Below the pieces are notes generated by a model. It was given only the letters and a program-made list of their open reading frames with translations, was not told where the DNA came from and ran no database searches. From positions 608,001-672,000 of the forward strand of contig OZ242372.1 of the NCBI GenBank assembly GCA_965209035.1: a stretch of 64,000 bases of DNA, given 5' to 3'. Both the position numbers and the translations under genes were made by a program. The DNA comes from Gammaproteobacteria bacterium (GTDB lineage: Bacteria > Pseudomonadota > Gammaproteobacteria > CBDBNL01 > JAAOII01). Below are positions 20,567 through 30,714 of the stretch, piece after piece (positions within the stretch are counted from its first letter, which is position 1; every line of letters starts with the position of its first letter).

Positions 20567-21639
20567 GTTTCGCTTTTGTATCCGCCCTTAATAACAACCC
20601 CTTCTATTAAACTTCTTCGCAAATTGAGTGCCCCGTTTGTGGATGTAAATGCAATCTTATTTCAGTTGCACTCTGTCAGTATGTTTCCGATCTCTTGTTT
20701 GTTGCGGTGAATCTTAACACCATAGCCTCTTCTGTGCGGCAATTTTTCAAAATCCGTGTACGCCCGCATACCGCTAAAACAAGTGGAAGGCAAGTAAACA
20801 TCACACGCATATAGCATGTTTTTGTTGCGGGTGCTACTCGGCGTGCCTCCGTCTGATAACGAATACACCGTAATGAACCCGGAACAGGTATGTTTAATTT
20901 CTTGTTTAATATAGTGCGTATTAATCTTTGTCCATACCTGGAAGCATACGGATACGCTAACTTCTTTGCCGTTCGGATATTGAAAAGAGTTGTCCGGTAA
21001 ATTTTCCGTGTAGGCTCGTTTGTATTTTTTGATGATTCGTTTGGCCGGAACGCCCTTGCCATCGCTGTTGAACAATGGCGGCAATATGAAAGCGACCATA
21101 TCCGCAAACACCGAAGAATGATTGATAAACTGTAAAGCGAGATGTCCTCTCAAACCAAAAGGAGGATTGCCGATGACCGCATATTTCCCCGCACGCTCGG
21201 GTCTCCAGGTGAGGTAATCCCGCACCAGAATCTCATTTGCATTTTTTACTTGCGGTTCTATGTCAATGCCTATTCGCCGGTTTTTTGGCAAGACATTGTA
21301 AAAACTGCCACAGCCGGCACCGGGCTCCACAAATGTATAAGGACTTAAAGAAACCTTGAGATTTTTTGCTACCATATGAAACTTCTTATAGCAATAGGCG
21401 GCAATCTCAGCTTTCGTATAAAACTGATCCTTGTCTCTTGCCCCGCCACGGCTATCGGTTTGTTTCCCCAGGATTCGCAAAAAATCCCCTCTGTAATGAC
21501 TCGGCACCCCTGTCTGATACCAACGGGAAACAGTATTACTGTTTAATCCTAACTTCTTGGCAATAAAATTCGGATCATACTCGACAAGTATCTTATTAAA
21601 TAATTGATGTGAATTAAAACGATCTTCCATACTACTCAT
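20554..21639 (-). CDS. N6-adenine DNA methyltransferase with N-terminal HTH; in-frame TGA at 20662-20664 (possible nonsense mutation)
   Basis: IAKKLGLNSNTVSRW (HTH), DQFYT, EPGAGCGSF (motif I), IGNPPFG (motif IV); frame continues 35 codons after the TGA to TAA 20554. Confidence 0.82.
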
Positions 21640-21798
21640 TTTTACTGTGATCTTATTATAATCGCATCGTAAAAAAATACCTCAAAAGTTTCCGAAGTAC
21701 GGCACAGCCGGCGAGATTATCTTAAAGCCATTGAACGCCCGCAAGATAATACACTCGGCGATTACGAATTCATTGGAAAAAAGTTATATAATATCAAT

Positions 21799-22317
21799 AT
21801 GAGTACTGAGGTTACAACTTATAGCGGTCGTGCAGTTGCCGGGTACTTTCTGCATAAGGCCAAACAAGAAAATAAAGCACCGGACAGGCTGCAAATGATG
21901 AAGTTAGCTTATCTGGCACATGGTTGGTGCTTGGGTATTTTTAACAAACCCTTGGTCAGTGAAGAAATCGAAGCCTGGCTCTATGGCCCCACTATCCGCG
22001 TTTTGTATAATGCGGTTCAGAATACAAAAACACACACAAACACACACACAAACACACACAATGTCCCGACGAACTTGTTTGACGATGCTTATCGGGAGAC
22101 AAGTTGGTCGCAGGAGACGAAGGAGCTGCTGGACGCAGTCTGGGTGCGTTACAAAAAATATTCCGGCTTGGAACTTTCCGGCTTATGTCATGCAAAAGGG
22201 TCTCCTTGGTTTCAAGTAAACGAAAAAAAAGCGATTATTGCGAATGAAATAATCAAGGCCTATTACAAAGATCTTTGGGTCAAGATCTCCGGGCAAAGAT
22301 CTCCCGGTATGGATTGA
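21799..22317 (+). CDS. Panacea/DUF4065 (SocA-like) antitoxin, copy 1 (172 aa)
   Basis: AVAGYFL, LQMMKLAYLAHGW, PL..EEIEAWLYGP, YSGLELSGLCH..GSPW, I.NE.IK.YY. Confidence 0.9.
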   Translation: MSTEVTTYSGRAVAGYFLHKAKQENKAPDRLQMMKLAYLAHGWCLGIFNKPLVSEEIEAWLYGPTIRVLYNAVQNTKTHTNTHTNTHNVPTNLFDDAYRETSWSQETKELLDAVWVRYKKYSGLELSGLCHAKGSPWFQVNEKKAIIANEIIKAYYKDLWVKISGQRSPGMD

Positions 22318-22459
22318 TAATCAAATCGCCCACTGCAAGCGGTTTTGGCGGATATGCTGTCAGGCGGAGCCTTCTCTATTGAGATTACTTCTTGAACGCT
22401 CGCAAGATAATACACTCGGCGATTATGGATTCATTGGAAAAAAGTTATATAATATCAAT

Positions 22460-22933
22460 ATGAGTACTGAGGTTACAACTTATAGCGGTCGTGCAGTTGC
22501 CGGGTACTTTCTGCATAAGGCCAAACAAGAAAATAAAGCACTGGACAGGCTGCAAATGATGAAGTTAGTTTATCTGGCACATGGTTGGTGCTTGGGTATT
22601 TTCAACAAACCCTTAATCGACGAAGAGATCGAAGCCTGGCTCTATGGCCCCACTATCCGCGTTTTGTATTATGCGGTTCAGAATACAAAAACACACAATG
22701 TCCCGACGAACTTGTTTGACGATGCTTATCGGGAGACAAGTTGGTCGCAGGAGACGAAGGAGCTGCTGGACGCGGTCTGGGTGCGTTACAAAAAATATTC
22801 CGGCAGGGAACTTTCCGGTTTATGTCATGCAAAAGGGTCTCCTTGGTTTCAAGTAAACGAAAAAAAAGCGATTATTGCGAATGAAATAATCAAGGCCTAT
22901 TACAAAGATCTTTGGGTCAAGATCTCCGGGTAA
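22460..22933 (+). CDS. Panacea/DUF4065 antitoxin, copy 2 (157 aa)
   Basis: Same motifs; CAA>TAA removes the last 7 aa. Confidence 0.9.
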   Translation: MSTEVTTYSGRAVAGYFLHKAKQENKALDRLQMMKLVYLAHGWCLGIFNKPLIDEEIEAWLYGPTIRVLYYAVQNTKTHNVPTNLFDDAYRETSWSQETKELLDAVWVRYKKYSGRELSGLCHAKGSPWFQVNEKKAIIANEIIKAYYKDLWVKISG

Positions 22934-23097
22934 AGTTCTCCCGGTATGGATTGATAATCAAATCGCCCACTGCGAGCGGTTTTGGCGGATATGCTGTCAG
23001 GCGGAGCCTTCTCTATTGAGATTACTTCTTGAACGCTCGCAAGATAATACACTCGGCGATTATGGATTCATTGGAAAAAAAGTTATATAATATCAAT

Positions 23098-23592
23098 ATG
23101 AGTACTGAGGTTACAACTTATAGCGGTCGTGCGGTTGCCGGGTACTTTCTGCATAAGGCACAATCGGAAAATAAAGCACCGGACAGGCTGCAAATGATGA
23201 AGTTAGTTTATCTGGCACATGGTTGGTGCTTGGGTATTTTCAACAAACCCTTGGTCAGTGAAGAAATCGAAGCCTGGCTCTATGGCCCCACTATCCGCGT
23301 TTTGCATTATGCGGTTCAGAATACAAAAACACACAATGTCCCGACGAACTTGTTTGACGATTCTTATCGGGAGACAAGTTGGTCGCAGGAGACGAAGGAG
23401 CTGCTGGACGCGGTCTGGGTGCGTTACAAAAAATATTCCGGTTTGGAACTTTCCGGTTTATGTCATGCAAAAGGGTCTCCTTGGTTTCAAGTAAACGAAA
23501 AAAAAGCGATTATTGCGAATGAAATAATCAAGACCTATTACAAAGATATTTGGGTCAAGATCTCCGGGCAAAGATCTCCCGGTATGGATTGA
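23098..23592 (+). CDS. Panacea/DUF4065 antitoxin, copy 3 (164 aa)
   Basis: Same motifs. Confidence 0.9.
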   Translation: MSTEVTTYSGRAVAGYFLHKAQSENKAPDRLQMMKLVYLAHGWCLGIFNKPLVSEEIEAWLYGPTIRVLHYAVQNTKTHNVPTNLFDDSYRETSWSQETKELLDAVWVRYKKYSGLELSGLCHAKGSPWFQVNEKKAIIANEIIKTYYKDIWVKISGQRSPGMD

Positions 23593-23686
23593 TAATCAAA
23601 GAACATTCCTAATTCGCAGTTGATTCTCTTGCTGACCGCAAAATAATCATATCACCTATTCGGCATACCAATAGATAAACAGATAA

Positions 23687-24133
23687 ATGGATACAGATTC
23701 AAGTAAAAAAACGGATCTTGCGGCACTCACCAAAAACCTACCCAATAACAAGGGAGAACTAAAGCCCCCAAAAGATGAAGGCACGGATGCGGAGATTGAC
23801 TCTTATTATCAAGATCAATTAAAAAGAGACTATTCTATTCAAAAGTGGACACATAGGTTCAGACTCGTTGTTGCCGTATCGTTTCATCTCACTGTAACCG
23901 GCTTTCTTGTTTTTTATTTTTTTACCCTGGTATACTTACTGATAAAGATGGGACTTATGTTTGCGGGCCATAAAGATATTATCACCGAGGATCTTACATC
24001 CGTAGTGAGTCTTTTTATTACTCCCACACTGCCATTTATTCTTTTGGCGGCAGCCTGGATTACTTTCAGATTTAGAATAGTCGACGCACTTAAGAATACC
24101 TCCCAAAGATTCTTACCAAACAATGGCTCATGA
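23687..24133 (+). CDS. Hypothetical two-TM membrane protein, putative cognate toxin
   Basis: Charged N-terminus then two hydrophobic segments; directly downstream of the antitoxin array; AT-rich. Confidence 0.6.
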   Translation: MDTDSSKKTDLAALTKNLPNNKGELKPPKDEGTDAEIDSYYQDQLKRDYSIQKWTHRFRLVVAVSFHLTVTGFLVFYFFTLVYLLIKMGLMFAGHKDIITEDLTSVVSLFITPTLPFILLAAAWITFRFRIVDALKNTSQRFLPNNGS

Positions 24134-24437
24134 TCATTTTTCAACACCGAAAATTTGCCAACTCCCCTACTTCTTAATGGCTTCTTATATGGCTTCTTAA
24201 CGGTTTCTTAATGGTTTTCCGGTTGTCGGGTTGTTGGGTTGTTAATTGTTTCATTCCAACTTCTTTATCCGGAAAACTCGGCTCACCATCATCAAGCATC
24301 ACTAAAAAAACCTAATTCCTTTCCGGGGTTTTTCGGGCTTCTTTATAGGCTTCTTTTCGGTTTGGGCGGAGCGAGTGCGAATGCCGAACCCGTTCTCCGC
24401 CAATATTGTGCGGGTATTCTTATAATCAAAGTAAGAG

Positions 24438-26132
24438 ATGTCAATAAAAAACAAACGTTCCATTCTGGTCACCGCCGCTCTGCCCTATGCCAACGGCCCC
24501 ATTCATCTGGGACACCTTTTGGAGCATATTCAAACGGACATCTGGGTTAGATTTCAACGCCTGTGCGGTCACGATTGCCTGTTCGTATGTGCGGACGATG
24601 CGCACGGCACCGCCACGATGCTATCCGCAGAACGCGCCAACACGGACATTCTTGTCTGGATTGAGAATATCCGCCGCGAGCACGAACGGCATCTGCGCGA
24701 CTTCGGGATCAGTTACGATAATTTTTACAGCACACATTCCGAAGAAAACAAACAACTCAGCGAAATGATTTACAACAGGTTGCAGCGGAAAGGATATATC
24801 GGCAAGCGTGTCGTTCGCCAATTTTATGACGAAGAAAAAAAGATCTTTTTGGCGGACCGCTTCATCCGGGGCAGATGCCCAAAATGCGACACACCGGACC
24901 AATACGGAGACAACTGCGAGGTATGCAGCTGCACCTATGATGCCCTTTCGCTGAAAGATCCCAGATCCCGCCTGTCCGGGAGTGTGCCGAGCATTCGCGA
25001 GTCGGAGCATCTCTTTTTTGAACTGCCGCAATTCACCGATTTTCTGCAAAAATGGATGGCGGACAGCAACCTGCAAGACGAGGTGCGCAACAAACTGAAG
25101 GAATGGTTCGCCACCGGCCTGCTGGAATGGGATATCAGTCGGGATGCCCCCTACTTTGGTTTTGAAATTCCCGGCCATCCGGACAAGTATTTTTATGTTT
25201 GGCTGGATGCGCCGATCGGCTATATGGCGAGTTTGGCAAACCTGTATCAAAAACAAGGCAAAGCATCTAATCAGCCATTTGAACTATCTGAACTCTTTGA
25301 GATCTTTAAGGACGAATGGGAGAAACGGGAAGTGTTTCATTTTATTGGCAAGGACATTATGTATTTCCACTGTCTCTTTTGGCCGGCCCTACTGAAAGGA
25401 TCCGGTTTTTCCCAGCCAAGCGGCGTATTCGCTCACGGATTCCTAACCGTCAACGGCGAAAAAATGTCAAAATCGCGCGGCACCTTTATTGCCGCCGGCG
25501 ACTATCTTACACATCTGGATCCGGAGTATATAAGATACTACTTTGCCACCAAGTTGTCGAGCGGCCTGGAAGATATGGATTTCAACACCAAAGAGTTTGG
25601 CGAGCGGGTGAACAGCGACCTGGTCGGCAAGTTGGTGAACATCGCCAGTCGCAGTGCGCGCTTCGTCAACAACAATTTTGACAACCGATTGGCGCGGGAA
25701 ACGACCGAAACCGAAAAGCAACTCTTGTGCCAACTGGCCGACGAGGGAGACGAAATAGCCAAGTTTTATGAGGGACGCCATTTTGCCAAGGCGGTCCGTC
25801 GCATTCTGGAGCATGCGGATTCGGTGAATCGTTATCTGGACCGCACCAAGCCATGGGACCTTGCCCGTGCAAACCCGACAGACGAGCGGGTTCAACAGAT
25901 CGCCACAACCGGTCTCCTTGCCTACCGCACGCTGGCGATTTACCTCAAGCCGATCCTGCCGGGCCTGGCGAGTCGTTCGGAGCAGTTGTTTTTGGAAACA
26001 GATTGGCAGTGGGATGACCGCCGCATCACACCGCCGAGCGGACGCATCGCTCCGTTCACCGCCCTGCTGCAACGAGTCAAAGCCGAAGACACGGCAAAAT
26101 TGACACAAACCCAAATTGGGTCGGAAAAATGA
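24438..26132 (+). CDS. metG: Methionine--tRNA ligase (short form)
   Basis: ALPYANGPIHLGH, CPKC..CEVC, WDISRDAPYFG, KMSKS. Confidence 0.98.
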   Translation: MSIKNKRSILVTAALPYANGPIHLGHLLEHIQTDIWVRFQRLCGHDCLFVCADDAHGTATMLSAERANTDILVWIENIRREHERHLRDFGISYDNFYSTHSEENKQLSEMIYNRLQRKGYIGKRVVRQFYDEEKKIFLADRFIRGRCPKCDTPDQYGDNCEVCSCTYDALSLKDPRSRLSGSVPSIRESEHLFFELPQFTDFLQKWMADSNLQDEVRNKLKEWFATGLLEWDISRDAPYFGFEIPGHPDKYFYVWLDAPIGYMASLANLYQKQGKASNQPFELSELFEIFKDEWEKREVFHFIGKDIMYFHCLFWPALLKGSGFSQPSGVFAHGFLTVNGEKMSKSRGTFIAAGDYLTHLDPEYIRYYFATKLSSGLEDMDFNTKEFGERVNSDLVGKLVNIASRSARFVNNNFDNRLARETTETEKQLLCQLADEGDEIAKFYEGRHFAKAVRRILEHADSVNRYLDRTKPWDLARANPTDERVQQIATTGLLAYRTLAIYLKPILPGLASRSEQLFLETDWQWDDRRITPPSGRIAPFTALLQRVKAEDTAKLTQTQIGSEK

Positions 26133-27280
26133 AAGTATCGTCCACAATGCGTCTCCTGCATCTGCTGCCGCCGGAAACCGCGCACAGATTAACTTTGCGA
26201 TTATTGAATGCCCGCTGCCGTTTGCCCGGCGTTCGCAGTGATGCCCGTCCCGTTGCGCCGTGCCGCGTGATGGGGTTGGACTTTGCCAATCCGTGCGGAA
26301 TTGCCGCCGGGTTGGATAAGGACGGCGAATGCATTGCCGGTCTGCGCGCACTCGGTTTGGGCTTCACAGAACTGGGGACAGTGACGCCGCAGCCGCAACG
26401 CGGTAATCCCAAACCGCGTCTGCGGCGTTTGCCTGAGGAAACGGGGCTGCTTAACAAGATGGGATTTAACAACAAGGGGGCGGATGCCCTTGTGCAAAAA
26501 CTACGCAAAGCAAGCAAAACTAAAACCAACTGCCTGACGGGAATTAATATCGGCGTCAACCGGGACAAACTACAAGACGGGAATGAAAAAGCGGCACGAC
26601 AAGACTATGTTGCCGGGTTTCGCCGCGTCTCTGCGGTTGCCGATTATGTGTGCATTAATGTCTCCTCGCCCAACACACCCGGTCTGCGAAAAATGCAACA
26701 GCAAGGATCTCTGGCAATTCTTTTAACTCTTTTGAAAAAAGAGCAAGATCTGCTTGCCGGTGAGCAGGGCAAGTACACACCCATCACCGTCAAGTTATCG
26801 CCGGACCCGGAGAAAACAGAGATCCGTGAGATCGCCCGCATCGTCTCGGACTGCGGCATGGACGGTATCACCGCCACCAACACCTCCGTAGAACATGCAT
26901 GGCGGCAAGAATTCGGCGGCGGCATCAGCGGCAAACCCTTGGCGGCCAGATCACTGGCGGTTTTGGAAGTTCTGTCCGAACTGCGTCATCACTTGTCCCG
27001 GGGAATTGCCCTGACCTCGGTCGGTGGTATTCTCTCCGCCGAGGATATGCGTGTTCGCCTGAAAGTCGGCGCGGATCTTGTGCAGATTTACACCGGGCTG
27101 GTCTATCGGGGCATGCCGCTGATTCGAGAAATCCTGGCGGACCTTCATAATAGCCATCACAGCCATCATAACCGTCAAAACAGCCCAAGCAGCCAAAATC
27201 ACCAAAACTGCCCAAGCCATACAAAACACCCAAACACACAAAACGCAAGAAACACAATAAACGACTTGCAAAGGGTATGA
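26129..27280 (+). CDS. pyrD: Quinone-dependent dihydroorotate dehydrogenase
   Basis: AAGLDKDG, GNPKPRL, NKMGFNN, NVSSPNTPGLR, GGISGKPL. Confidence 0.96.
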   Translation: MKVSSTMRLLHLLPPETAHRLTLRLLNARCRLPGVRSDARPVAPCRVMGLDFANPCGIAAGLDKDGECIAGLRALGLGFTELGTVTPQPQRGNPKPRLRRLPEETGLLNKMGFNNKGADALVQKLRKASKTKTNCLTGINIGVNRDKLQDGNEKAARQDYVAGFRRVSAVADYVCINVSSPNTPGLRKMQQQGSLAILLTLLKKEQDLLAGEQGKYTPITVKLSPDPEKTEIREIARIVSDCGMDGITATNTSVEHAWRQEFGGGISGKPLAARSLAVLEVLSELRHHLSRGIALTSVGGILSAEDMRVRLKVGADLVQIYTGLVYRGMPLIREILADLHNSHHSHHNRQNSPSSQNHQNCPSHTKHPNTQNARNTINDLQRV

Positions 27281-29241
27281 GGCGCGAGGAAGAACAGAAG
27301 AACGAGCCGGGGAACGGAACGGGAGTTGCCGGTCACAGTTTGAAAGCGATCAACCTTTCCGCCTCGCCCGCGGAAGTTTACGGACACATCGCCTCCCAAC
27401 CGGGAGTTTACATCTTCTCGGCCGGCAAGAAAATCCTGTATGTCGGCAAGGCGCGTAACCTGCACAAGCGGGTTTCCTCTTATATGCGGCCGGCCGGCTT
27501 GGACAATAAATCGCGACACCTGATGGAAAGAGCGGATAACTTGCAGTTTTCACTCGCCGCCAACGAAAGCGAAGCCCTTCTCCTGGAACAAAACCTCATT
27601 AAAGAATACAAACCGCCCTACAACATTCTGCTGCGCGACGACAAATCCTATCCCTATATTTTTGTTTCCGATCATGCCGACTATCCGCTCATCACCTATC
27701 ACAGGGGACCGCGCAAGCGCAAAGGACATTATTACGGCCCCTATCCGCATGCGCGTCTGGTGCATCAAAGTTTGGAACTCCTGCACAAGACCTTCCGAGT
27801 GCGCGGCTGCACCGACAGTTTTTTTTCCAATCGCAGCCGTCCCTGTCTGCAGCATCAAATCGGCAGATGCAGTGCCCCTTGCGTGGGTGCCGTTGACAAA
27901 GAAGAATACCAAAAGAATGTTCGCTATGTCCGACAATTTTTGATTGGCAAGGACAGTGAAATACTGAACGAATTGACGGAGTCCATGCAGCGTGCGTCCG
28001 CAGAACTCAAATACGAGGCGGCGGCGGGGCTGCGCGATAGTATCGCCGGTCTGCGCAGTTTGCAACGGCAGCAGAGTGCGGAAAAAACCGCCGGGAAGTT
28101 TGGGAAGTTCGGCAACTTTGACGCGCTGGGACTGCGCAGCCATGCCAATCTGGCCTGTGTTTATGTCTTGATAGTTCGCCGCGGCAAGGTGCTGGTCGGC
28201 ACACACCACTTTTTTCGCGCGCCCGCCTTTGACGAAGAACGAAATCTCTTACCCGCGTTTGCGGAGCAGTACTACCTGAAGCATCGGCGCGAATTGCCGG
28301 ACGAAATTTTAGCCCCCTTTGACTGGCCGGAGCGGGCGGGATTGGAACAGCAGTTAACCGGCTTGGCAAAAAAGAAACTGCGTATCGCTGTCGGGGTGCG
28401 CGGGGTACGCAAAGAATGGCTGGAGATGGCGCAAAAAAATTGCACCGCCATTCTTGATAATACTCTGAATCAAAAGTATAATGAAAAGCAAGTCCTCTCC
28501 GTCCTACAAAAAATGTTAAATATCACCGAACCCATTGAGCGTATTGAATGCTTTGATATCAGCCACAGCAGCGGTGAGGCGGCGCAGGCCGCTTGCGTTG
28601 TCCGGGGACCGGAAGGCGCACAAAAACAATTTTACCGTCGTTACAACCTGGACGACATTACCCCGGGAGACGACTATGCCGCAATGGAGCAGGCGATTGC
28701 CCGCCGTTACAAAAAAGTCGCCACCGCGGATCATGCGGACCTTGCCGAAGCGGATTTGCCGCCGCAGATTCTCCTGATAGACGGAGGGCGCGGACAACTG
28801 AATCGTGTTCTCAACAAAGCCGAAGATCTCGGTCTGCGCGATATGCTCGTGATTGCCGTTGCCAAGGGCAAACAACGCAAGTTCGGCCGAGAGACCTTTT
28901 ATATTGACGACAGACTGACAGGTGGCAACCATGCGCGCGTGATTGAATATGCCAAGGAAAGTACCTCACCGGAATTAAGAGACGCGTTAAAAATTCTCTT
29001 GCGCATCCGCGATGAAGCGCACAGATTCGCTCTGCGGGGCCATACGCGCAAAAGAGACAAAAGTCGGATGGGATCCGTCTTGGACCGGGTGAAGGGGCTT
29101 GGCGAGGAACGCCAAAAAACGCTCTTGCGGCACTTCGGCGGGATAGAACAGGTGAAAAAAGCGGGAGTCGGCGATCTCGTCAAGGTGCCCGGTTTCGGTA
29201 AAACTCTGGCAACCGCAGTGTTTGAGAGGATGCACAAATGA
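27277..29241 (+). CDS. uvrC: Excinuclease ABC subunit C
   Basis: PGVY..YVGKARNL, YNILLRDDKSYP, IECFDISH, IDGGRGQL, IRDEAHRFA. Confidence 0.97.
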   Translation: MRREEEQKNEPGNGTGVAGHSLKAINLSASPAEVYGHIASQPGVYIFSAGKKILYVGKARNLHKRVSSYMRPAGLDNKSRHLMERADNLQFSLAANESEALLLEQNLIKEYKPPYNILLRDDKSYPYIFVSDHADYPLITYHRGPRKRKGHYYGPYPHARLVHQSLELLHKTFRVRGCTDSFFSNRSRPCLQHQIGRCSAPCVGAVDKEEYQKNVRYVRQFLIGKDSEILNELTESMQRASAELKYEAAAGLRDSIAGLRSLQRQQSAEKTAGKFGKFGNFDALGLRSHANLACVYVLIVRRGKVLVGTHHFFRAPAFDEERNLLPAFAEQYYLKHRRELPDEILAPFDWPERAGLEQQLTGLAKKKLRIAVGVRGVRKEWLEMAQKNCTAILDNTLNQKYNEKQVLSVLQKMLNITEPIERIECFDISHSSGEAAQAACVVRGPEGAQKQFYRRYNLDDITPGDDYAAMEQAIARRYKKVATADHADLAEADLPPQILLIDGGRGQLNRVLNKAEDLGLRDMLVIAVAKGKQRKFGRETFYIDDRLTGGNHARVIEYAKESTSPELRDALKILLRIRDEAHRFALRGHTRKRDKSRMGSVLDRVKGLGEERQKTLLRHFGGIEQVKKAGVGDLVKVPGFGKTLATAVFERMHK

Positions 29242-30644
29242 AAATCGTCGTTCTCGGTGCCGGGCAAGTCGGTTCCAATGTCGCGGCACTCTTGACTAAT
29301 GAAGGAATGGATGTCACTGTCATCGACAAAGCGGACGAGAAACTGCGCGCACTCCAAGAAAAACACGACATTCGCACGGTCCACGGACATGCCTCCTTGC
29401 CGAGTATTCTGACCGAGGCCGGTACGGCCGACGCCCAACTTCTGATTGCCACTACCAGCAGCGACGAGGTGAACATGATCGCCTGTCAAGTTGCCTATCA
29501 TATGTTCGGCACGCCGACGCGCATCGCCCGTATTCGCGAACTCGACTATTCCGCAAACCAGCACCTGTTTTCCAACGACAAGATTTCCGTCAATGTGTTC
29601 ATTAACCCGGAAAATCTCCTGACCGATTACATTCATTCGGCAATTTTGTTCCCTTCCGCTTTGGAGGTGATGGACTTCGCCGAAGGGAAAATTAAGTTGG
29701 TCGGCACCAAAGTAACCGCAGGCGGCCATCTGGCGCATCAAAAAATTTCATCCTTGAAAGAAATTATCCCGCACACGGATACCCGGGTGGCAGCCATTTA
29801 CCGCCAAAAAGGGCCCGTGGTGCCCACCGGGGATACGACGCTGGAACCGGAAGATGAGGTATTCTTTCTTGCCGAAGCGAATGATATAACCCGCGTGATG
29901 CGAGAATTCGGCAGTGTCGAGAAAGACAACCGCAAGATTATCATTGCCGGCGGCGGCAATATCGGACAAAAATTGGCAACAAAACTGCAGAAAAAGCACC
30001 GGGTAAAATTGATCGAAACAAACCGGGACAGATGCGAACTTCTTTCCGCCGAATTGCAGTCTGTGGTGGTTCTGTTCGGATCCGCAACCGACAGGAGTCT
30101 GATGGTGGAAGAAGATGTTGGCAGCTGTCATGTTTTTTGTGCCTTAACCAATAACGACGAAGTGAACATCCTGTCTTGTCTGATGGCAAAAAATTGCGGG
30201 GCGGCAAGAACAATTTCTCTGGTTAACAATAACGACTATCGCCGTCTGCTGGAAGAAGACAATATCCAAATAGACAAACTGGTCACTCCGCAGCAGATTA
30301 CGATCAGTCGGTTGTTATCCTATGTGCGCGGCGACGATGTGGTTCGGGTGCATTCTCTGCGCAGCGGTGCGGCCGAGGCATTGGAAGCCGTCGCCCATGG
30401 CGACGAGAGCACTTCCGGTCTGATCGGCAAAAAATTGGCAAACATTCCCCTGCCGCACGGCGTCACCCTGGGGGCTTTGGTGCGCGCAGACAAAGTGATG
30501 ATGGCACACAGTTATTTGACAGTGGAACCGGAAGATCATCTGATTTTTTTCGTGGTGGACAAAAATAGCCTGGACTCCGTGGCAAAACTGGTGGAAAGCG
30601 AAGAAGCTTCCGATAACCCGGAAGCCGGGCACACCCGGCAATGA
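29238..30644 (+). CDS. trkA: Trk potassium transporter NAD-binding subunit
   Basis: Two RCK modules: GAGQVG and GGGNIG. Confidence 0.96.
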   Translation: MKIVVLGAGQVGSNVAALLTNEGMDVTVIDKADEKLRALQEKHDIRTVHGHASLPSILTEAGTADAQLLIATTSSDEVNMIACQVAYHMFGTPTRIARIRELDYSANQHLFSNDKISVNVFINPENLLTDYIHSAILFPSALEVMDFAEGKIKLVGTKVTAGGHLAHQKISSLKEIIPHTDTRVAAIYRQKGPVVPTGDTTLEPEDEVFFLAEANDITRVMREFGSVEKDNRKIIIAGGGNIGQKLATKLQKKHRVKLIETNRDRCELLSAELQSVVVLFGSATDRSLMVEEDVGSCHVFCALTNNDEVNILSCLMAKNCGAARTISLVNNNDYRRLLEEDNIQIDKLVTPQQITISRLLSYVRGDDVVRVHSLRSGAAEALEAVAHGDESTSGLIGKKLANIPLPHGVTLGALVRADKVMMAHSYLTVEPEDHLIFFVVDKNSLDSVAKLVESEEASDNPEAGHTRQ

Positions 30645-30714
30645 ACCCTGTCCAAGTAAATCCGGTCCGATGAACCCCGTCCAAAGAATCCTGTCAAAAA
30701 TGAATCGATAAAAA

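Larger units (their letters stand above)
21731..23600 (+). repeat. Three tandem ~640-660-bp units, each with a promoter-like region and a DUF4065 gene
   Basis: ttgaacgc(c/t)cgcaagataatacactcggcg starts at 21731, 22392 and 23029. Confidence 0.96.

Noticed and set aside
20662-20664. Alternative genetic code (TGA=Trp)
   Set aside because: TGA acts as a normal stop in metG, pyrD, uvrC and trkA, and Trp is encoded by TGG elsewhere.
15879-24133. Diversity-generating retroelement or prophage
   Set aside because: No reverse transcriptase or phage structural genes; antitoxin differences are not confined to adenines.
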